The translations under genes and the position numbers were made by a program. From Clostridia bacterium (GTDB lineage Bacteria > Bacillota > Clostridia > Christensenellales > QALW01), in the NCBI GenBank assembly GCA_045537705.1, contig JAZSPY010000117.1, forward strand, positions 1 through 62,151: a stretch of DNA of 62,151 nucleotides. Direction: 5' to 3'. Position 1 is the stretch's first letter. The number at the start of each line of letters is the position of its first letter. Below the pieces are notes generated by a model that did no database searches, was not told where the DNA came from, and saw nothing but the letters and a program-made list of their open reading frames with translations. Positions 54,913-62,151 of this stretch are shown one piece after another.

Positions 54913-57330
54913 ATGAACGAAAAACAGATTATTGAAGGTATTTCCCGCAAATTAAAATCTAATTTCGGTGTAAACGTAGAAAATGCCTCAAAACTGCAGT
55001 TATATAAAGCGGTTTCTATGCTTGCAAGGGATCAGATTATGGAAAAATGGATTGATTCCAACAAGAAAATAGAAAAATCAAAAAGTAAGATGGTTTATTA
55101 CCTTTCACTTGAATTTTTAATGGGTAAATTTTTAGGTGCAAACCTTATCGCTTTAAACGAATACGATAACTATAAATCAGCCCTTAAAAAAATAAATATT
55201 GATATTGAAGATCTTGAAAACGTTGAGCAGGATGCAGGGCTTGGCAACGGTGGTCTTGGCAGGCTTGCGGCTTGCTTTTTAGATTCACTTGCTTCACTTT
55301 CCTTGCCCGCCATGGGCTGCGGTATCCGCTACGATTACGGTTTATTCCGCCAGAAAATCGTTGACGGAATGCAGATTGAAATGCCTGATAACTGGCTTAG
55401 TGACGGCTGTGCCTGGGAAATCCCCCATAACGAAGAACAGTACGAAATCTGCTTTAACGGTTATGTTGTGGAATATTTTGACGAATTTGGTAAAATGTGC
55501 CACAAAACTGAGGATTGCACCAAAGTTCTTGCAGTACCTTACGATATTCCTGTTTGCGGTGGCGAAAACGGCATCGTAAACACCCTAAGAATCTGGTCTG
55601 CCCGTTCACCAAAGTACTTTGATATGTCCTACTTTGGTCAGGGTGATTATATCCGCGCTTCACAGGAAAGGGAACTTGCTGAAACTATTTCACGTGTGCT
55701 CTATCCAAACGATTCACACAATAACGGTAAAAGTTTAAGGTTAAAACAGCAGTATTTCTTTACTTCTGCAACCCTACAGTATATGCTTGCCCGCCACAAA
55801 AGGCTTAATTTACCTGTTGAAAAACTTTACGATTACGTATCTGTTCAGATTAACGATACTCACCCTGCCATCGGTATTGCTGAACTTATGCGCCTTTTAG
55901 TTGATAACGAAGGCTTTGGCTGGGATGAAGCCTGGGATATCTGTACAAAGGTTTTCTCATACACCAACCACACTATTATGTGGGAAGCCCTTGAAAAGTG
56001 GCCTGCCTACTTAATGGAAAACCTTTTACCACGTATTTATCAGATAATTTGTGAAATTGACCGTCGCTTTAGGGAAAAAGCTTATAAAATTTATCCCTGG
56101 GATGATGAAACTGTTAATTCTATTGCGCCTTTAGCATATCAGCAGATAAATATGGCAAACCTTTGCTTATCCTGTTGCCACAAGGTAAACGGTGTTGCAG
56201 GGCTTCACACCGATATTTTAAGGGCGTCATTATTTAATAAGCATCAGCCCCTTAACCCCAACCAGCTTATAAACGTTACAAACGGCGTAACACCAAGGCG
56301 TTGGCTTAAACAGGCAAACCCCTTATTAAGTGCTTTAATTACAAAAACTTTAAAAACAGACAAGTGGGTAACTGACCTTCCCTTAATTTCTGCATTGGAA
56401 GAAAAGGCAGAAGATAAGGCTTTTACCGATAAGTTTATGGCAATTAAGCGTGAAAACAAGGTTCGCCTTGCAAAATATATTAAAGAACATAACGGTATTG
56501 ACGTTGATCCTGATTCAATCTTTGATATTCAGGTTAAGCGCCTTCACGAATACAAACGCCAGATGCTTAACGTGTTAAAGATTCTTTATCTTTACTTTGA
56601 TATTAAGGAAAACCATAATCCGCACACCCCTGCAACCTTTATTTTCGGTGCAAAGGCTTCCCCGGGATACGTTCGCGCAAAACAGATAATCACTTTAATT
56701 AACTCCGTTGCTGACCTTGTTAACAACGATCCTGACGTTAATAAAATCTTAAAAGTTGTGTTTATTGAAAACTATTCCGTATCAAATGCTCAACTTTTAA
56801 TGCCTGCTGCAGATATTTCCGAACAAATTTCAATGGCAGGTAAAGAAGCTTCAGGAACCGGCAATATGAAGTTTATGATGAACGGTGCCCTTACAATCGG
56901 CACTTTAGATGGCGCAAACGTTGAAATGCACGGTATTTTAGGGGATGATAACATCTATATCTTTGGTCTTCGTGCCAATGAAACCGAAGCACTTTCAATT
57001 CCCGGTGTATATAAGCCAATGGATTACTATAATCAGAACGCTATGCTTAAACGCGTTGTTGATTCTTTGGCTGACGGTACGCTTCGCGGTGACGTTGCAA
57101 GCATTAAAAACTATCTTTTAGACGGTGATGGTGGCTTTGCCGACCCTTACCTTTGCCTTGCAGATTTTGCCCAGTATATTGAAACCTACGAAAAAATGGA
57201 AGTTCTTTATAACGATAAAACTGCCTGGAGTAAAAAAGCAGTTATAAATACAGCGCGGTCCCACTTCTTCTCAAGTGACCGCAGTATTGAGGAGTATAAT
57301 AAAAATATATGGAAACTTTCCAAAGTATAA
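54913..57330 (+). CDS. glgP: Alpha-glucan (glycogen/maltodextrin) phosphorylase, GT35
   Basis: LGNGGLGRLAACFLDS, TNHT and the PLP-site region EASGTGNMKFMMNGALT.GT.DGANVE. Confidence 0.95.
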   Translation: MNEKQIIEGISRKLKSNFGVNVENASKLQLYKAVSMLARDQIMEKWIDSNKKIEKSKSKMVYYLSLEFLMGKFLGANLIALNEYDNYKSALKKINIDIEDLENVEQDAGLGNGGLGRLAACFLDSLASLSLPAMGCGIRYDYGLFRQKIVDGMQIEMPDNWLSDGCAWEIPHNEEQYEICFNGYVVEYFDEFGKMCHKTEDCTKVLAVPYDIPVCGGENGIVNTLRIWSARSPKYFDMSYFGQGDYIRASQERELAETISRVLYPNDSHNNGKSLRLKQQYFFTSATLQYMLARHKRLNLPVEKLYDYVSVQINDTHPAIGIAELMRLLVDNEGFGWDEAWDICTKVFSYTNHTIMWEALEKWPAYLMENLLPRIYQIICEIDRRFREKAYKIYPWDDETVNSIAPLAYQQINMANLCLSCCHKVNGVAGLHTDILRASLFNKHQPLNPNQLINVTNGVTPRRWLKQANPLLSALITKTLKTDKWVTDLPLISALEEKAEDKAFTDKFMAIKRENKVRLAKYIKEHNGIDVDPDSIFDIQVKRLHEYKRQMLNVLKILYLYFDIKENHNPHTPATFIFGAKASPGYVRAKQIITLINSVADLVNNDPDVNKILKVVFIENYSVSNAQLLMPAADISEQISMAGKEASGTGNMKFMMNGALTIGTLDGANVEMHGILGDDNIYIFGLRANETEALSIPGVYKPMDYYNQNAMLKRVVDSLADGTLRGDVASIKNYLLDGDGGFADPYLCLADFAQYIETYEKMEVLYNDKTAWSKKAVINTARSHFFSSDRSIEEYNKNIWKLSKV

Positions 57331-59222
57331 TTTTTGATTCTCATAACGAACATTTTCGCTGTCCCCAAGGTGCAATTGCCCAAGGGGATAGCCTTGTTTT
57401 GCGCCTTTACGTTTCAAAAGCGCTTAACCCTTACGGTGTAACCTTGCGTCTTTGGTGCGATAATCAGGAATTTTTATATAACATGAACCGCACCAATGTG
57501 TTTGATCACACCCCTTACGGTGATTTTTTAGAAGAATATTCTATAAATGTTTCATGTGAAACATTAGGGCTTTCCTGGTACTGTTTTATAATAAACACAC
57601 CGCAAAAACCCTTGTATTACCTTAATAATTCCCTTATGCTTGGCGGAAAAGGCGAAATCAAAGAATACCAGGATTACACAAAAAGTTTTCAGATTACGGT
57701 GTGTGATAAAAATTTTAAAACGCCTGCTTGGGCAAAAGGTGCAACTATGTATCAGATTTTCCCTGACAGATTCTTTAAAAAGGGTGAAACGAAAGATACA
57801 AGGCATCAAAACATTCACTTAAATTGGAACGATGAGCCTCATTACAAAATTGATGAAAACCTTGGTTATTACCCTGCAAACGACTTTTTCGGTGGTAATC
57901 TTAAAGGTATTGAATCAAAACTTGACTATTTAAAAAGCCTTAACGTTGACGTTTTATATCTTAATCCTGTGTTTGAAGCCTATTCAAATCACCGCTACGA
58001 TACGGGTGATTACGAAAAGGTTGATTCTCTTTTAGGCACAAACGATGATTTTATTCACCTTTTAAAAGCCGCAAAGAAAAAGGGTATACGTGTTATTTTA
58101 GACGGTGTTTTTTCCCACACAGGTTCAGATAGCAAATATTTTAACAGAAATGCTTCTTATGATACAATAGGCGCGTATCAATCAAAGGAATCCCCATATT
58201 TTGATTGGTATGATTTTAGTGAGTATCCTGAAAAATACGATAGTTGGTGGGGTGTTTGGTCCCTGCCTTGCGTTAAGGAACTTACCCCCTCGTTTATGGA
58301 TTATATCCTTAAAAACAAGGATAGTATCGTAAAAAGGTGGATAAATGCAGGGCTTTCAGGTTGGCGCCTTGACGTTGCCGATGAATTGCCTGATGAATTT
58401 TTAAAAGAGCTTCGTAAAAGCGTAAAGGAAGCAGACCCTGAAGCTTTAATTTTAGGGGAAGTCTGGGAAGATGCCAGTAAAAAGGTAAGTTATGATAAAC
58501 AGCGCGAGTTTTTATGGGGGAATGAACTTGATACCGTTATGAACTACCCATTAAAAGATGCTATTGTTGATTATCTTTTAGAAAAAATAAGCGGTGAAGA
58601 ATTTAAAAACCGAGTTCTTTCTTTAAGGGAAAACTACCCTGAAAGCACTTTTTACTCTTTAATGAACTTCCTTTCAACCCACGATAGCGTGCGTATTTTA
58701 TCCCGTTTTACAACCGATGGCGAAAATATGACAAGGGAAGAACAAGCACTATATAAACCAAGCGATGAAGATTTTATAAAAGCAAAAGCATTAACAAAGC
58801 TTGCCGCGTTAATTATTTTTATGCTTCCCGGTATGCCTTGCATTTACTATGGTGATGAAGCAGGGCTTACAGGATTAAAAGATCCTTTTAACCGCAAAAC
58901 TTTCCCTTGGGGCAGGGAAGATAGAGAACTTATGGATTGGTATAAAACCGTTAGTTCCTTAAGGGATTCAGTTTTAAAAGAAGGTAAACTTTTTATTGAT
59001 ACTGCAGGCAGTTTACTTTCCATTCGCCGTTCATTTAAGGGTGAATGGCGTTACGCCTTAATTAACCCTACGGATGAAACCGTTGAAACACTATTAGACC
59101 TCTCATATTTTAAATCAGAGCCTACTTTAATTTGCGATAGCGGATGCGGAATGCAGTTTTCTGTTCGCGAAAACGGATACTACTTACTTTTACCGCCCCG
59201 TAGCGCCGCAGTTTTTAAATAA
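57309..59222 (+). CDS. GH13 alpha-glucosidase-type enzyme (neopullulanase/cyclomaltodextrinase-like)
   Basis: YQIFPDRF, region I DGVFSHT, region II GWRLDVADE, region III GEVWED and region IV FLSTHD. Overlaps the glgP end by 22 nt. Confidence 0.9.
   Translation: METFQSIIFDSHNEHFRCPQGAIAQGDSLVLRLYVSKALNPYGVTLRLWCDNQEFLYNMNRTNVFDHTPYGDFLEEYSINVSCETLGLSWYCFIINTPQKPLYYLNNSLMLGGKGEIKEYQDYTKSFQITVCDKNFKTPAWAKGATMYQIFPDRFFKKGETKDTRHQNIHLNWNDEPHYKIDENLGYYPANDFFGGNLKGIESKLDYLKSLNVDVLYLNPVFEAYSNHRYDTGDYEKVDSLLGTNDDFIHLLKAAKKKGIRVILDGVFSHTGSDSKYFNRNASYDTIGAYQSKESPYFDWYDFSEYPEKYDSWWGVWSLPCVKELTPSFMDYILKNKDSIVKRWINAGLSGWRLDVADELPDEFLKELRKSVKEADPEALILGEVWEDASKKVSYDKQREFLWGNELDTVMNYPLKDAIVDYLLEKISGEEFKNRVLSLRENYPESTFYSLMNFLSTHDSVRILSRFTTDGENMTREEQALYKPSDEDFIKAKALTKLAALIIFMLPGMPCIYYGDEAGLTGLKDPFNRKTFPWGREDRELMDWYKTVSSLRDSVLKEGKLFIDTAGSLLSIRRSFKGEWRYALINPTDETVETLLDLSYFKSEPTLICDSGCGMQFSVRENGYYLLLPPRSAAVFK
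57546..57565. promoter_or_regulatory. Inverted repeat AATGTTTCA-TG-TGAAACATT inside the GH13 gene
   Basis: 9-bp arms. The 16-nt core TGTTTCATGTGAAACA differs by 1 nt from the palindrome at 59223-59238. Confidence 0.4.
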
Positions 59223-59238
59223 TGTTTCACGTGAAACA
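59223..59238. promoter_or_regulatory. Perfect 16-bp palindrome TGTTTCACGTGAAACA between the GH13 and M48 genes
   Basis: Starts 1 nt after the GH13 stop and ends 13 nt before the next ATG. No U-run follows, so it is not a classical terminator. Confidence 0.4.
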
Positions 59239-59250
59239 AAAGGTTAAAAA

Positions 59251-59817
59251 ATGGATTATATTTTAAAAAAATCAAAACGAAAAACTGTTGCTATTGAAAT
59301 CAGCCCCGATGGTGTTTTAATTGTAAAAGCGCCCCTAAATTACACAAACAAGCAGGCTGAGCAAGTAATAAAAGACAACGAAAAGTGGATAAATAAGCAT
59401 TTGCCTAACGTAATAAATAAAAAGGAAGCGCTTTCTTCGTTATCGCAGAAAGATATTGTTTTAGCAAAAAAATCGTTAAAACTTATTATTGAAACTCTTG
59501 TTTATCACTATTCTGCCATTATGAACGTTGAAGCAGAAAGCATAAAAATAACTTCTGCTAAAAAGCGGTTTGGCAGTTGTTCTTATGATAACCATCTTTG
59601 TTTTTCGTATCTTTTGATACTTCAACCCTTTAATGCTATTAAATACGTTGTGGTGCACGAGCTTGCACACATAAAGTACCATAACCATTCAAAAGATTTT
59701 CATTTATTTGTTGAAAAGGCTTTGCCCGGTTCAAAACAGTATGAAAAGCTTTTAAGCCCCAAGTTTTCATCATACGCAAATTTTAAAGAAAATCTTGAAA
59801 TATTAGGTGTTAAATAA
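59251..59817 (+). CDS. M48/YgjP-family (DUF45) metal-dependent hydrolase
   Basis: 188 aa. KRKTVAIEI..DG.L.VKAP at the N-terminus and the zinc motif VVHELAHIKYHNHSKDF. Confidence 0.8.
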   Translation: MDYILKKSKRKTVAIEISPDGVLIVKAPLNYTNKQAEQVIKDNEKWINKHLPNVINKKEALSSLSQKDIVLAKKSLKLIIETLVYHYSAIMNVEAESIKITSAKKRFGSCSYDNHLCFSYLLILQPFNAIKYVVVHELAHIKYHNHSKDFHLFVEKALPGSKQYEKLLSPKFSSYANFKENLEILGVK

Positions 59818-59972
59818 AAGCGCTAAACTTTCGTTCTGCGCTTTTTTTATATATTTATATATAAAATCTTTAGATTTCGTGTAAAAATAGTAATTTTTTA
59901 TTTATGGTTACCGTTGATTTTCGCTATTATAAATGCTATTATAATAATATATATATCATAATGGAGAATTTT

Positions 59973-62151
59973 ATGAAAAGATTCCTTTCGTTTTTTCTTG
60001 TTTTAACTTTTTTAATTTCCTTGGTTTCAGGAATTTCAGTTTTTTCTTTAAACCAGCAACTTATAATTAACTATGGTTTTGAAGAAGGTAGTGCCGAAGG
60101 ATATTCCATTGGCAGTACTACAAACTATGAAGTTAGTAGCGCCTATGCAAAAAGCGGTAACTACGGTATAAAAATATCAAACCGTGAAAAATATCATTCA
60201 TCCTGCGCACAGGATATTACACAAATAGTAAAAGATAACGGTGCAGGTTTTTATAAAATATCAATGTGGGTGCGTTTGGCAGATAGCGAACAAACTTCCG
60301 TTAGTTGTAAAGCAGTTTTACGTACTGGCAAAACAGGTTCAACAAATAAAACCTATTCAACCAGCGGTTCAAAAAATTTAACAACCACCTATCAGGAATT
60401 TTATATTGATGCAGTTATTTCAGAAGAAGAACTTGCGGAAATTACCGAATTAAGAATTTATCCCCAAACCAATAGTGAAAGTGAAGTTCATCCCGATATA
60501 TGCATTGATGATATTTCCTTAATTAAAACAGGCGATATAAAAACGTTAAATACCGACGTTTCTTCTTTAAAAAGAAGCAATGAAACAACCGTTGGTGCAA
60601 TCCGTTGGGATGCCTGGTACACCCACGATGGCAGAGACGGTTCGGTTGTAAGTGCAGTTGAAAAATCGCTTTCACCTTCAGGGTTTCACTATCGCGCGCC
60701 TTTCTTTGCTGAAATTACAAGCGATAATAAAATTATAATTCCCGAATACACTCAGGCAATTTTTGATAGGGAAATGGAATACGCCAAATACGCGGGCATA
60801 GATTATTTTGCTTACGTTTGGTATGATGGTGCTATGGCATCAGCCCGCAAATTTCACACAAAAAGCAAATATAAAAACTCGGTTAAAATGTGCGCGTTAA
60901 TGGATAGTAACGGCATTGATAAAGATTATGCCCGAAAAGAAATGAAAACCCTTTTAAAACAAAGTTATTATATGACGGTTTTAGATGGCAGGCCGTTAAT
61001 GTACTATTTATATTCAGGCACCAATCTTTCTCAGATACACGATGATATCGTTTATTACAGTAATCTTTGTAAAGAACTTGGGTTAAAACAACCGTTCTCT
61101 GTTATTATGGGTACTTCTGCATCAAAAACAACGGAAGTTTCTGCCTATGCTATGTCTGATTACGCAATTAAAGGCTCACTTCTTTCTTTTGATGAACTAA
61201 CTGAAGAAGCGGTCAGCACTTGGGAAGCCGATAATGAAACGGGTGTTCAGTACGTTCCCTGTGTAACAACAGGCTGGAGCCCTGAACCAAGGTACTATAA
61301 CCCGCCTTTCTGGACAACTACAAACGGTGGCATAAAAGATGGTTCCTGGTGTGAAGATGCTTCAAGCAAACAAATATTTGACCACCTTTCCTATGCGCTT
61401 TCTTATATGCAACACAATGAGGTTAAATTAAACACAAAGGCAAACACAGTTATTATGTATGCCTGGAATGAGCATGATGAAGGCGGTTGGATTTGTCCCA
61501 CCTTAAAAGTTGATAGTAACGGAAAACAACTTTATAATTCCGATGGCACTAAAAAACTTGATGAATCCCGCATAAATGCAGTAAAACTTGCCATTGATTT
61601 TTATAAACAAGGCAAAAGGGTAAAGGTAACGGTAAACGGAATATCAAACGGTTACTCCCAAGCCAATGCGTCTTCAATGGTTTCAAACCTTAATAGCGCC
61701 CTTCAAACAAAAGTTTATGAAGGCGTTTCCTGGCTTCCAACTACGGCAACTTTAAAGCCAACGGTTAAACCCACAAATCAGGTTAACGTAAATGCTACGC
61801 CAACCGATAACCTTGATTTTTCTGACGATTTAGCTGATGATCCGGCATTGGATTTCGGTAATGATTTTGATTATTCTATTTTTGATGACGTTTTTGAAGA
61901 TAACCTTTCAACAATTGAACCCACAGATGAAAGCCCACAAGCTTCCTTATCACCTTCGTTATCACCCCAAACAACAATAGTTCCTGATGGTTCCCCCGAT
62001 AATTCAGCAACTGTTCAAACAACAGATACGATAACTTCAGCTCCTGAAAAATCGCCCGTTCTTTATACGGAATACCCGCCATTAAAAGAACCCCCCACCT
62101 CTTACTTATGGGTTTATATTGTTGGCGGCGGTATTGCCTTAATTTCTTGTG
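59973..62151 (+). CDS. Partial (3'-truncated by window) secreted/anchored protein: signal peptide, CBM4_9-like module, GH99/WbsX-like domain, Pro/Ser/Thr linker and putative C-terminal TM
   Basis: Not in the supplied ORF track because it has no stop before the window end. I translated it by hand. It has an ATG at 59973 behind a GGAG RBS, and I saw no in-frame stop over 726 codons. Recognisable stretches are MKRFLSFFLVLTFLISLVSG..., LIINYGFEEGSAEGYS, IRWDAWY, TTGWSPEPRY and YAWNEHDEGGW. It ends in ...YLWVYIVGGGIALISC. Confidence 0.7.
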   Translation, partial: MKRFLSFFLVLTFLISLVSGISVFSLNQQLIINYGFEEGSAEGYSIGSTTNYEVSSAYAKSGNYGIKISNREKYHSSCAQDITQIVKDNGAGFYKISMWVRLADSEQTSVSCKAVLRTGKTGSTNKTYSTSGSKNLTTTYQEFYIDAVISEEELAEITELRIYPQTNSESEVHPDICIDDISLIKTGDIKTLNTDVSSLKRSNETTVGAIRWDAWYTHDGRDGSVVSAVEKSLSPSGFHYRAPFFAEITSDNKIIIPEYTQAIFDREMEYAKYAGIDYFAYVWYDGAMASARKFHTKSKYKNSVKMCALMDSNGIDKDYARKEMKTLLKQSYYMTVLDGRPLMYYLYSGTNLSQIHDDIVYYSNLCKELGLKQPFSVIMGTSASKTTEVSAYAMSDYAIKGSLLSFDELTEEAVSTWEADNETGVQYVPCVTTGWSPEPRYYNPPFWTTTNGGIKDGSWCEDASSKQIFDHLSYALSYMQHNEVKLNTKANTVIMYAWNEHDEGGWICPTLKVDSNGKQLYNSDGTKKLDESRINAVKLAIDFYKQGKRVKVTVNGISNGYSQANASSMVSNLNSALQTKVYEGVSWLPTTATLKPTVKPTNQVNVNATPTDNLDFSDDLADDPALDFGNDFDYSIFDDVFEDNLSTIEPTDESPQASLSPSLSPQTTIVPDGSPDNSATVQTTDTITSAPEKSPVLYTEYPPLKEPPTSYLWVYIVGGGIALISC

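Noticed and set aside
1-62151. Searched by eye for CRISPR arrays, transposases or integrases, reverse transcriptases, restriction-modification systems and known defence ATPases or nucleases
   Set aside because: None recognised. The only repeat arrays are the 200-bp hairpin/10-mer array and short microsatellites. The only AAA+/ABC ATPases are ComM, UvrA and the transporter ATPase.

Overview
The window is a 62-kb chromosomal segment from a low-GC Firmicute. The Clostridia-like assignment rests on gene order and expression signals: AGGAGG-type RBSs, TTGACA/TATAAT promoters, ATGA/TAATG coupled genes and tRNAs with encoded CCA. I call about 57 protein genes and 2 tRNAs, with no rRNA, CRISPR, transposase, integrase or prophage.

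Most of it is core housekeeping:
- rbgA-rnhB-yraN, then polA-coaE
- uvrB-uvrA
- aroQ-aroC
- nadE, pncA and pncB
- ispE-lgt
- comM
- glgP plus a GH13 enzyme
- an amino-acid ABC transporter
- perR-like regulator plus rubrerythrin

The non-routine content is mainly envelope glycobiology:
1. A 1606-aa lipoprotein-anchored protein fuses two GT-C membrane glycosyltransferase modules. It also carries a CBM-like domain and three discoidin-like domains, and it sits inside the rbgA-to-polA housekeeping string.
2. A GacIJKL-like lipid-linked side-chain glycosylation cluster (Wzx, GT-C, GT4, GT2, DUF2304) lies divergent from licD plus a cytidylyltransferase.
3. An orphan nahK is present.
4. A CBM plus GH99/WbsX-like ORF runs off the 3' edge and is missing from the supplied ORF track.

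Other candidates for a second look:
- A small AT-rich islet encodes an XRE regulator, a SLOG/YpsA-like protein and an orphan barstar-like protein. It has a consensus promoter bracketed by repeated GTGGAAYYCC operators.
- A 200-bp array of short hairpins, each joined to a GATTACAT(T/A)C 10-mer, lies next to the tRNA pair.
- Two U32 paralogues are coupled to aroC-aroQ.
- A pncB-coupled operon encodes a DivIVA-domain protein, an unknown membrane protein and a WYL regulator.

All functional calls come from motif recognition by eye. No database search was run.
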